Below the pieces are notes generated by a model. It ran no database searches. It was given only the letters and a program-made list of their open reading frames with translations, and was not told the DNA's origin. Source: a virus. Taken from it: a stretch of 64,000 nt of DNA. Made by a program: the position numbers and the translations under genes. The DNA lies in the IMG/VR virus record IMGVR_UViG_3300045988_119396; one strand, written 5' to 3'. This document shows, piece by piece, positions 9,382-17,334 of the stretch (the stretch's first letter is position 1; each line of letters begins with the position of its first letter).

Positions 9382-10008
9382 ATGAGTTCGATTAACAAGG
9401 TATTGTATGGAGATACAGACTATCTCAATACGCTTAAGGATAAAGTTAATAAAGTAGTAAACAAAAACTTGAAACAAATTTCTAAAGAAAAGGACGGTGA
9501 CTACATGTTTTCTAGTACAAAATTGGTAGAAGCTCCTATGCCTCCAGTCAAAGCGTATATTGGTTGTTCGTGGTTTAGTGATAAGCAAACAGCACATATG
9601 AAAGCTGGGATAGAAGCTATCAAGGCAAACCCTAGTGTAAGTTGGGAATATTCACATTACCCATTAGCACATCAATATAAGGGAATGGACGTGAATAATA
9701 ACCCAGAAATCATGCAAGATAAAGAGTGGCAATTAGCCACAATAAATTCAGATTTTGAGGGCATTAAGAGTAGTGAATTGGGTATTATGCTCTACGTTCC
9801 AAGTGAACCAGATGATGGGCAAGCATGGGAAATGGGTAACTTACATGCAAGTGGTAAGCAATGTGTTGTAGTTATTCCAGATGATGATAAAGAACCATTA
9901 AATCTTATGGTTGCATGTGGTACAACATGTATCATTAAGTTATCTGAATTAGCTACATTTGATTTCAGACATGTAGTTGCTGATGTCTATGACGGTGAAG
10001 TGTACTAA
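9382..10008 (+). CDS. ndt: nucleoside 2-deoxyribosyltransferase
   Basis: GCSWFSDKQ...YP(L)..QYKG...MLYVP.E.DDG...E.G....GK.VVVIPDDD match the Lactobacillus NDT pattern (GAGWFTDRQ...QYKG...DxG). Confidence 0.8.
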   Translation: MSSINKVLYGDTDYLNTLKDKVNKVVNKNLKQISKEKDGDYMFSSTKLVEAPMPPVKAYIGCSWFSDKQTAHMKAGIEAIKANPSVSWEYSHYPLAHQYKGMDVNNNPEIMQDKEWQLATINSDFEGIKSSELGIMLYVPSEPDDGQAWEMGNLHASGKQCVVVIPDDDKEPLNLMVACGTTCIIKLSELATFDFRHVVADVYDGEVY

Positions 10009-10126
10009 GACTATTTTTACACACCGAAATAAACAAGTGTTGTTATGATAATCAGCTTAGATTTTGGTTAGACTATAATAACACTTCGATACATATTGAT
10101 ACTGATATAAGGAGGGATAGGCTTGT

Positions 10127-10408
10127 TTGAGTAAGCAAGTACAATGGGAATTTATTAAAGGTAAATCATTAGATGGAGAAAAGATTGTGTTCGCACATAG
10201 CACAAAATATTTGGGACGTGTTGACGTTGCGACATGGAGTCCAAAATGGGCTTTGCAACAATCTATCTTTGATGAATATATTTATGTAATTGAAGATGAA
10301 GATATGAAATTAGTTGATGTATTAGATAAGCATGGCTTGTCAGAACATACATTAATTAAAAACCAAAAAGAGTTCATTGATATGAGTAAGCCAAGAACAG
10401 AGGTGTAG
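10127..10408 (+). CDS. hypothetical protein
   Basis: Track ORF; RBS AAGGAGGGA. Confidence 0.5.
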   Translation: MSKQVQWEFIKGKSLDGEKIVFAHSTKYLGRVDVATWSPKWALQQSIFDEYIYVIEDEDMKLVDVLDKHGLSEHTLIKNQKEFIDMSKPRTEV

Positions 10409-10410
10409 CT

Positions 10411-10773
10411 ATGGCTATGAGCGAAGGGCTTAGCAAGGTTGATAAGTTCGTCTATGTAGTTGACATTGTGATAAAGGACAAGTATGGCCGTTTCTCTGGT
10501 AATGCTAATTATGTATGTGACAATGAAAGTACCGCAGATGAAGTAGCAAAAGTTGAAGCTAAAAGCTATATTGGCTTGCTCCACTATGAATTTGGGCAAG
10601 ATTATCATACTAAAGATTTAATTATCAAAACTGATAATGATGGACATATCTACAACATTAAATTGTATGATAAAGATGACCCTACAATAACAAGGTTAGA
10701 TATTAATATCACCAAGGTAGCGGTGCTTACAAGTAGTGAAGAGTATTTTAACCTTTATTTAGATAATGACTAA
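10411..10773 (+). CDS. hypothetical protein
   Basis: Track ORF. Confidence 0.5.
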   Translation: MAMSEGLSKVDKFVYVVDIVIKDKYGRFSGNANYVCDNESTADEVAKVEAKSYIGLLHYEFGQDYHTKDLIIKTDNDGHIYNIKLYDKDDPTITRLDINITKVAVLTSSEEYFNLYLDND

Positions 10774-11173
10774 TGGAGGTGCTGTTATGACAAATCGAGT
10801 ACTAATGGTTGACGCTAGGACATATGATAGAACTGGCTATCTAACAAGTACTACTAGATATACTGTTATTGACAACCAAAGTTTAGCAGAAGATATAGCC
10901 GAAGATTTAGCTTTTGAATGTATGGACGAACTTAATGAAGAAGTCCGTAGCAATATCTATGATGATTTCATGAATGAAGAGTATACAGAAGCTGATATGC
11001 ACAAGAGATATGTTGGCGATGAAGACTTTCCAGAATTGAAGTATATTACTATTGCTGATAAAGATGTACCAGATTTCATGAGAGTAGTCGTGGAAATCAC
11101 TCCATCAACCTTAATCAAAGAACGAGATGATTATTTTTCATTAAAATCATTTCGTGATAGGTTGGATAAATAG
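10766..11173 (+). CDS. hypothetical acidic protein
   Basis: Track ORF; RBS GGAGG. Confidence 0.5.
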   Translation: MTNGGAVMTNRVLMVDARTYDRTGYLTSTTRYTVIDNQSLAEDIAEDLAFECMDELNEEVRSNIYDDFMNEEYTEADMHKRYVGDEDFPELKYITIADKDVPDFMRVVVEITPSTLIKERDDYFSLKSFRDRLDK

Positions 11174-11244
11174 GAGTTGCAGTTCCTAGTCAAGAATACC
11201 GTTTAAGACGGTGGCATAAAACTTAGTTTTTAATAATTGATTAG

Positions 11245-11276
11245 ACCACTAACTTAGAAATGAGTTGGTGGTTTTT
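11245..11276 (+). terminator. intrinsic terminator
   Basis: ACCACTAACTT..GAGTTGGTGG hairpin + TTTTT. Confidence 0.6.
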
Positions 11277-11401
11277 ATTATGAATAGAGTTATAATATAG
11301 GTAGGTTGTTGCTAGTCTTTTGTATTGATTAGCAATGATTTAGTGATTTTGTTGCGAACCGTACACCTTCCACATTCTTAATCAAAACGGGGTGATGGGT
11401 T

Positions 11402-11545
11402 ATGACAACACGAGAAGAGCCGAGGTGGACATTTTTGCTTGGTATGGCTTTTGCACTGGCGGTATTATTCGGCAATCTACACCGTATAATTATTGCTGCT
11501 GCTTGGGCTTATAGCAAAATAAAAGACGCTAACCGTAAAGGCTAA
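11402..11545 (+). CDS. 47-aa hydrophobic peptide (single TM)
   Basis: RBS GGGGTGA; MTTREEPRWTFLLGMAFALAVLFGNLHRIIIAAAWAYSKIKDANRKG; sits in a GC-richer islet with its own terminator. Confidence 0.4.
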   Translation: MTTREEPRWTFLLGMAFALAVLFGNLHRIIIAAAWAYSKIKDANRKG

Positions 11546-11580
11546 CGTCCAACACACTAAGGTTCAATCAAATCACGATT

Positions 11581-11613
11581 GGGGCTACCGACTGGTACTC
11601 GGTAGCCCCTTTT
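11581..11613 (+). terminator. intrinsic terminator
   Basis: GGGGCTACCGA..TCGGTAGCCCC + TTTT. Confidence 0.65.
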
Positions 11614-11901
11614 CCATTTCTAAGTATATCACACATCTATTTACTTTTCAAAGCAAAACACAGAACAGATGTTAATAGCAGAGATTGTACATCCGTTCCG
11701 CTTATTAATAATCTTAAATCTAATCCTTGAATTATTTGTGAAGTTTTTCTCATGTAAATGTAAAGAATACGTTAATTATTTATATAAACTATTAGAAAAT
11801 CTACTAATTTCACACTTTACTTATTTTATACAAATTCGATAAAGTTATTTCCCATCTTTTCAATAAATTGTATTTGCACCATTTATACTTTATCGAAAAA
11901 G

Positions 11902-11910
11902 TGGTATAAT
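11902..11910 (+). promoter_or_regulatory. extended -10 promoter TGGTATAAT
   Basis: GTGGTATAAT about 30 nt upstream of RBS GAGGTGG. Confidence 0.45.
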
Positions 11911-11946
11911 GTAGTTAATCAGTAAAGTAGGTTTTGAGGTGGAAAT

Positions 11947-12504
11947 ATGGTTTACAATTCTAAACCACTTAGAACACAAGCCCAAATAGGTGATGTATTG
12001 TTCTATTTAAGGCGGACTCGTTATCCAGAACGTGATACATTCTTATTTTTGATTGGAATTAACACTGGGTTAAGATGTTCTGATATAGTAAAACTCAAAA
12101 TAGGTACTTTAAGACATTCTAAACGACCAGAAATTATAGAGAAGAAAACTGGTAAAAAGAAAACATTGTTTTTAGATAATGTGCAAGACATTGTGCGTGA
12201 TTATATTGAAGGCAAAGATGATAGTGAGTGGGCTTTTCCATCTAGCTATGATAAGAATAAACACATAACAGTGCAGAATGTATATAAACTATTCAAACGA
12301 ATTGATAATGAATTAGGTGGAATAGGATTTACTACACACTCTATGAGAAGGACGTTTGGTTTGTGGTATTATCGTAAGACTAAAAACATATATTACTTGA
12401 TGGAGTTGTTTAATCATTCTAGCCAAGCAATTACTATGAGATATATAGGTCTTACAGAAGATGAGTTAGGGGACTCTTTAGAAGGGTTCAGAATAGGGTA
12501 CTAA
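11947..12504 (+). CDS. small tyrosine recombinase (catalytic domain only, FimB/E-sized)
   Basis: GLRCSD (Arg I), HSMRRTF (His-x-x-Arg), C-terminal Tyr in RYIGL; no N-terminal core-binding domain. Confidence 0.65.
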   Translation: MVYNSKPLRTQAQIGDVLFYLRRTRYPERDTFLFLIGINTGLRCSDIVKLKIGTLRHSKRPEIIEKKTGKKKTLFLDNVQDIVRDYIEGKDDSEWAFPSSYDKNKHITVQNVYKLFKRIDNELGGIGFTTHSMRRTFGLWYYRKTKNIYYLMELFNHSSQAITMRYIGLTEDELGDSLEGFRIGY

Positions 12505-12667
12505 AATACTCCTATATAATAGGTAGAGATTTTTCAAAAATTAAGAAGGGTAGGTAATTAATATGCGTGATTTGGTTGGTTGTGTAGGTTGTTTGTTCTA
12601 TATTATTTTGGCTATTTTTAGTATTGGCTTGCTTATGTTTTCGTTCATTGAGATGAGCTTGTAGATG

Positions 12668-12797
12668 TATTATAATATATTTAACTAATGCGATAACTAT
12701 TAAGTGGTTATTTTAGGTATTAGTTTCAGAAGAATGTTAGATTGAGGTTGAAAAACTTAAAACCTTACGAGGCTATGCTATTTTGCATAGTCTTTTT
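12668..12797 (+). ncRNA. cassette U1: candidate small RNA (box GTTTCAGAAGAATGTTAG at 12723-12740)
   Basis: -10 TATTATAAT; terminator GGCTATGCTATTTTGCATAGTC+T5. Confidence 0.4.
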
Positions 12798-12800
12798 ATG

Positions 12801-12902
12801 TGGTATAATAGGGTTACCGCTATTAATGTGGTTTTTTGTTTCAGAAGAATGTAAACAATGTGGTTATACCTAGAAGGCTGCGTTTTGATACGTAGTCTTT
12901 TT
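12801..12902 (+). ncRNA. cassette U2: candidate small RNA (box at 12838-12856)
   Basis: TGGTATAAT; ~23-nt leader; terminator GGCTGCGTTTTGATACGTAGTC+T5. Confidence 0.4.
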
Positions 12903-12917
12903 ATTTTGATTGGAATG

Positions 12918-13003
12918 TGGTATAATACCAATGTACCGAAAAGGTATTATATATTATTTCAAAAGAATGTTAAATCGGGACTTCACTTCGGTGGAGTCTT
13001 TTT
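12918..13003 (+). ncRNA. cassette U3: candidate small RNA (box TTTCAAAAGAATGTTAAAT at 12957-12975)
   Basis: TGGTATAAT; terminator GGACTTCACTTCGGTGGAGTC+T5. Confidence 0.4.
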
Positions 13004-13026
13004 ATGTAGTTATGATTGTAGCAATG

Positions 13027-13127
13027 TGGTATAATATAAGTAACTAATCTGCACAGGAGGATTAGTTTCAGAAGATTGTTAAACAATGAGGTAAGACTCA
13101 AGGCTATGCTTAATGTGTAGCCTTTTT
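13027..13127 (+). ncRNA. cassette U4: candidate small RNA (box at 13065-13084)
   Basis: TGGTATAAT; leader ends AGGAGGATTA; terminator GGCTATGCTTAATGTGTAGCC+T5. Confidence 0.4.
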
Positions 13128-13150
13128 GTATGGTATTGCCTCCATATACA

Positions 13151-13252
13151 TGGTATAATATAGATACTGAAATGCCTCATAGGAGGATTAAGTTTCAGAG
13201 GAATGTTAAATTGAGTTAAAACTCGTAGTCCCACAGCAGTGTGGGGCTTTTT
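13151..13252 (+). ncRNA. cassette U5: candidate small RNA (box GTTTCAGAGGAATGTTAAAT at 13192-13211)
   Basis: TGGTATAAT; leader ends AGGAGGATTAA; terminator CCCACAGCAGTGTGGGG+T5. Confidence 0.4.
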
Positions 13253-13273
13253 ATTTACAAATAATGGTAGCGG

Positions 13274-13383
13274 TGTTATAATAAAACCATAGTAAATATA
13301 GTATAAATCCATAATCTTGTTTTGTGAGATTACTTGAGCGAGCCTTTCACTGATGTTTGGGCCATCCCCTTTCCTATTTTTTG
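13274..13383 (+). ncRNA. cassette U6 (degenerate: promoter TGTTATAAT, no box, weak terminator)
   Basis: Promoter-like and T-run only. Confidence 0.2.
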
Positions 13384-13537
13384 TTATATTTTTCTCAGCT
13401 ATTTAGTGTTATAATATAGTTGTAATGATGACAAGGAGTAACAGTTCCTTACTTTGTGGCTTGAACAGAACAACCACATGTATGACGATTTGGGCGGGAC
13501 TTAGTTCCGTCCTTTTGTTTATTTAGAGGTGATTTAA

Positions 13538-13876
13538 ATGGAATATATGAGCGAAATCAACAAAGATATTGTTAATCAAGGCAATGATTATAATGTAAAT
13601 TGGTATGTCACACGCAATAATTTTGGCAGCTTTAATGGATACGCTGAACTACCAGGTGACTGGCATGATGGTGATGAAGATGACTTGCTAGTGCATGGTG
13701 GAGTAACATTTCGTGGCAAGTTAAATGGTGTAGAAGTGATAGGATTTGACACAACAGATGAGTTAGACTATGACATGAGATGGTCTTTGAATGAGATAGT
13801 GCGTGAAACCAAAGAGAGATTAGTACGTGGGGTATACGATAGCATAACATATAGAAGAAGCCAAAAGGCTAGGTAA
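13538..13876 (+). CDS. small acidic hypothetical protein (own promoter TGTTATAAT at ~13407-13415)
   Basis: Track ORF; RBS AGAGGTGA; Asp/Glu-rich. Confidence 0.55.
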   Translation: MEYMSEINKDIVNQGNDYNVNWYVTRNNFGSFNGYAELPGDWHDGDEDDLLVHGGVTFRGKLNGVEVIGFDTTDELDYDMRWSLNEIVRETKERLVRGVYDSITYRRSQKAR

Positions 13877-13884
13877 GACAAATA

Positions 13885-13914
13885 AGACCCGCACCGTAAT
13901 AGTGTAGGTCTTTT
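13885..13914 (+). terminator. putative intrinsic terminator
   Basis: AGACC..GGTCT stem + TTTT. Confidence 0.35.
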
Positions 13915-14122
13915 ATTGTATTATCAACTTATTTTATTTGTCTAGTTTACATAAGATACGTTATCGAAAGTATAACAAAATTGGAAAATACATAAAAATT
14001 TATATGATAGCAATCATATAATTAGATGTCGCATACACGCATTTTAAGGTGTATTTGTGATGGTTTATCTGTTTAATGTTCTGAACTCATGCTTAGAATG
14101 TGTCTGTCAGCACCCAAACATA

Positions 14123-14160
14123 CTAAAATAAGGTATTAACCCACTACGAGCCAATACCTT
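14123..14160 (-). terminator. intrinsic terminator after tdk
   Basis: AAGGTATT..AATACCTT stem with U-run on minus strand. Confidence 0.5.
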
Positions 14161-14164
14161 ATAC

Positions 14165-14830
14165 TTATTTACTACTTGCTTTCGCTATTCTACCAACGAT
14201 TTCTTCGACTGGTGTGTTTTTGTTGTCAACATCTTTCATAACAGCAGTCTTTAACCTACCCAACTTCCAATGAAATCTACATAGTGATGTATATTCTTCA
14301 TCACCTATTACAACTTGTTCACCATCAGTTACCTGCTTACCATCTACTAGCCTTGCATTCATTGTGGCTTTACGTTGGCATGTTGGATTAGCACAAACTG
14401 TTTTGATTTCTTCTAGCTTATCTGCATACTTTAATAACGCTTCTGACCCCTCGAATAATTCACCACGAAAATCAGTCTTTAAGCCATAACAGATAACTGG
14501 CATATTATAATAATCTACTATTCTGCAAAGGTCATGCACGTTACTCTTTGACAAGAACTGTGCCTCATCAACTAAAACACAGCTAGGTTTATCTTTATCT
14601 TGAGCATTCTTGTATATCACATCTACTAGATTATCATCTGCATTGATAGCAATAGCGTCTTCTGATAAACCAATACGACTAGCAACCGTTCCAACACCAT
14701 CACGTGTATCTAAGGCACTTGTCATAATAATGACTTCTTTACCTTGTTCTCTATAATTATGAGCTGTTTTGAGTAATTCAATACTCTTGCCACTGTTCAT
14801 AGTTCCATATTTAAAGAATAGTTGAGCCAT
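14165..14830 (-). CDS. tdk: thymidine kinase
   Basis: P-loop YGTMNSGKS; C-terminal Zn motif CxxC..CxxH; TK1-family layout. Confidence 0.85.
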   Translation of the reverse strand: MAQLFFKYGTMNSGKSIELLKTAHNYREQGKEVIIMTSALDTRDGVGTVASRIGLSEDAIAINADDNLVDVIYKNAQDKDKPSCVLVDEAQFLSKSNVHDLCRIVDYYNMPVICYGLKTDFRGELFEGSEALLKYADKLEEIKTVCANPTCQRKATMNARLVDGKQVTDGEQVVIGDEEYTSLCRFHWKLGRLKTAVMKDVDNKNTPVEEIVGRIAKASSK

Positions 14831-15171
14831 TATTCTTCCTCCTTACTTGCAAGGAGCTTGTCCATTTCATCTTTTTCAATACGTACAATACGTGTATCTT
14901 TTTCAACCCATTCTTCAAATTCCTTACGTTTGAAACCAGAATGAGAACGGAAACGATTATCTCCGTCCACTTCATCAAAACGTGAAGCGTCAAATACAAT
15001 AACTGTACGTGATGTTTGTTCAAATACAGGATATAAGAAGTCTGCTACGAATACTAACCCATCATAGCTCTTAGGCAAACCTGTATCTTCATCATACTTA
15101 ATGTTTTCGTAAATATCTTCTTTTGGATAAATGTAATATAAAATCTTGTAATCGTTGTTTTCTTCTGTCAT
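14830..15171 (-). CDS. hypothetical protein
   Basis: Track ORF; ATGA overlap with tdk. Confidence 0.5.
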   Translation of the reverse strand: MTEENNDYKILYYIYPKEDIYENIKYDEDTGLPKSYDGLVFVADFLYPVFEQTSRTVIVFDASRFDEVDGDNRFRSHSGFKRKEFEEWVEKDTRIVRIEKDEMDKLLASKEEE

Positions 15172-15185
15172 TAATTCATCTCGCT

Positions 15186-15719
15186 TTATATATTATTTGG
15201 TTTAATAGGCTTAAAACCTATTTCTGTTGCATACTTTGTCGTTCTTGTTGGGTCTGACAATGGATAATCATCTTTAACTCTCGTCACAAAATCTATTCTA
15301 CGGTCACCTATCACAGCTACATGACCTTTGTCATTTAAGTATTCTAATGCCATCAACTTGTTTGCTCTAGCAATATCACTATAATCAATATCCCAGCCAA
15401 ACAGATATGGTGCGTGAGAGTAGATGATATATAAGGCTTTCAAAGATATTTCGTACAAAACCTTATTATCACGTCTCCCTTGTTTTCCATGAGGATACAA
15501 AATCCTTACTTTATCTAAAGGTTCACCATTGAGAGTAATATCCCTATAAATGTAAATACATATCTTTTCCGTCCCAGAACCATAATAAAACCATAATAAA
15601 TCGCAGTATTTTGTTATTTCATTTGCGTCACCAGTTTTAATGTTAATTCCTTCACCGAAATATTCTTTTAAACCTTGTACAATCGCAGCTAGAGTTTCGT
15701 TATCAATACGTTTGCCCAT
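15186..15719 (-). CDS. hypothetical protein
   Basis: Track ORF. Confidence 0.5.
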   Translation of the reverse strand: MGKRIDNETLAAIVQGLKEYFGEGINIKTGDANEITKYCDLLWFYYGSGTEKICIYIYRDITLNGEPLDKVRILYPHGKQGRRDNKVLYEISLKALYIIYSHAPYLFGWDIDYSDIARANKLMALEYLNDKGHVAVIGDRRIDFVTRVKDDYPLSDPTRTTKYATEIGFKPIKPNNI

Positions 15720-15720
15720 A

Positions 15721-15864
15721 TTAGAATCCTAACTTGAATGCTGCGTTGAGAATATCAACTGTCTTAGCATTTTGTAACTTAACTCGACTACCATTTGCTA
15801 ATGTAATTGTGTTAATTCCTTTTGATTTCATAAATTTCTTTACTTGTGCCTTTAAACCTTGCAT
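15721..15864 (-). CDS. 47-aa basic protein MQGLKAQVKKFMKSKGINTITLANGSRVKLQNAKTVDILNAAFKLGF (below track cutoff)
   Basis: RBS GGAGAAAATAAA-ATG; bounded by upstream terminator. Confidence 0.35.
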   Translation of the reverse strand: MQGLKAQVKKFMKSKGINTITLANGSRVKLQNAKTVDILNAAFKLGF

Positions 15865-15896
15865 TTTATTTTCTCCATTCTTTTATGTTTCTTTGT

Positions 15897-15934
15897 ATAA
15901 TAAAAATCAGCTATCGCTGCTGACATGTTTTTTT
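15897..15934. terminator. bidirectional intrinsic terminator
   Basis: TCAGCTATCGCTGCTGA hairpin flanked by A-run and T7. Confidence 0.5.
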
Positions 15935-15963
15935 CTTTTGTATTATTTTAGAGTTGCAATGGA

Positions 15964-16272
15964 TTAATTAAGAATTCTATTCCATTCTATTTCAGTGTAC
16001 ACACGAACCATCTTACGAACCTTGTAGGGTTGCTCATATTCATATGAGTTAGTAGATTGATTATATGTTCCTGTAATATCAAAAGCATAGCCATAATCTT
16101 GATTGGCAAAATTAGGGACGACAATGATTTCATAATCATTATCTTCTATGCTAGAGATTAACGGGCTGTTATCCAGTTCACCGTCATAATAAGCATTTAC
16201 AATGTATTGCTTATCTGAACTGTTTAGCTCTTTTCCTTTATGCAACTTATTAAATATCTTCTCTAAACTCAT
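15964..16272 (-). CDS. hypothetical protein
   Basis: Track ORF. Confidence 0.5.
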   Translation of the reverse strand: MSLEKIFNKLHKGKELNSSDKQYIVNAYYDGELDNSPLISSIEDNDYEIIVVPNFANQDYGYAFDITGTYNQSTNSYEYEQPYKVRKMVRVYTEIEWNRILN

Positions 16273-16751
16273 TAAAAGTCGAAATCCTTTTCCTTTACCT
16301 TTTCTTCGTTAGCGTCTTTCACAACCTTTTTCCACATTAATTTCATAAAGTGGTCGCCCAACTTATCTTCGTCAATTTCACTACCATTCTTTTCCATATA
16401 GTCTTGAATAATAGCTGTATATAAACGGTCATTAATTATTTTTGCTGTTTCTTTATCCCCGTTTTCAGTATCAAAGTTGAGTACATCATCAATGGCTTGG
16501 TTTACATCAATATGTTCTCGATATTTTAATGGAACTTTTACGTCCTTTTCATCTTCTGTATCATCATCTTCAACCATTTGACTGTCTACTGCATATCCAG
16601 CAATCTTTTCTAGGTCAAACATAGCATGACGTTTCTTGCCCACTGTTTGTCCATAATAATCAAATTCTAAAATCACATCACCATCAACGTTTTCTACGTC
16701 AATGAAGTGGTATGTAGCACCATTTTGTAAAAATACTGTTAATTCAGCCAC
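16272..16751 (-). CDS. hypothetical acidic protein
   Basis: Track ORF. Confidence 0.5.
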   Translation of the reverse strand: MAELTVFLQNGATYHFIDVENVDGDVILEFDYYGQTVGKKRHAMFDLEKIAGYAVDSQMVEDDDTEDEKDVKVPLKYREHIDVNQAIDDVLNFDTENGDKETAKIINDRLYTAIIQDYMEKNGSEIDEDKLGDHFMKLMWKKVVKDANEEKVKEKDFDF

Positions 16752-17103
16752 TTTAATTCCTTCTTTCTATTTTTTGATTAATAACCCCATTGAGTACTCG
16801 AAACTCACGTCTAACCACCTAGCAGCAACGATAGGTTATAGAATAGGGTTTTGCATTTGCTCCACCTACGATACGAAGATATTACGAAGATGTTAGTAGT
16901 TTATGAAATTAGACGGGCTAAATAATTGTACAACGCACCGCCTTTCCATAATTTTAGTTTGATGTGTAGGTGGAGTAATAACAGAATTGTACCTACTGAT
17001 AAGTTATTTAGTTTTTATTTTGGTAGTTTCCTACCTATAACCCAACAGCCTTTTACAACTGTTAGGTTTACAATTCTAGTCAGTATCGCAAAGTATAATC
17101 GAC

Positions 17104-17334
17104 TTATTCACTTATTGGGAAATACGTTCCTTCATGTAATTGATACTCTTCAACTTTAATCGAGTTTGGAAAATATTCTGTTTCTCTAGCTCGTTCAATT
17201 TGCTCAGCTACTTCATCAGCATGTTTCTTTGTTGTGTAGATACCAATTATATGTTGAACAATTTCTGTTCTAGTGTGATATATCTCAGTTTGGGTAAAAT
17301 GTTTGATACCAGTAACTATGAAGATTTTATTCAT
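17104..17334 (-). CDS. hypothetical protein
   Basis: Track ORF. Confidence 0.45.
   Translation of the reverse strand: MNKIFIVTGIKHFTQTEIYHTRTEIVQHIIGIYTTKKHADEVAEQIERARETEYFPNSIKVEEYQLHEGTYFPISE

Larger units (their letters stand above)
12668..13252 (+). repeat. tandem array of 5 (+2 degenerate) mini transcription units: TGTGGTATAAT promoter, variable leader, conserved GTTTCAGAAGAATGTTAAA box, terminator
   Basis: Direct reading; boxes at 12723, 12838, 12957, 13065, 13192; promoters and terminators recur each ~100 bp. Confidence 0.7.

Noticed and set aside
12668-13252. Canonical CRISPR array
   Set aside because: The repeat-like boxes are only ~19 nt (half a repeat). The intervening segments contain a promoter and a terminator each and vary in length. 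No cas genes or leader are present. It is treated instead as solitary repeat-unit cassettes.
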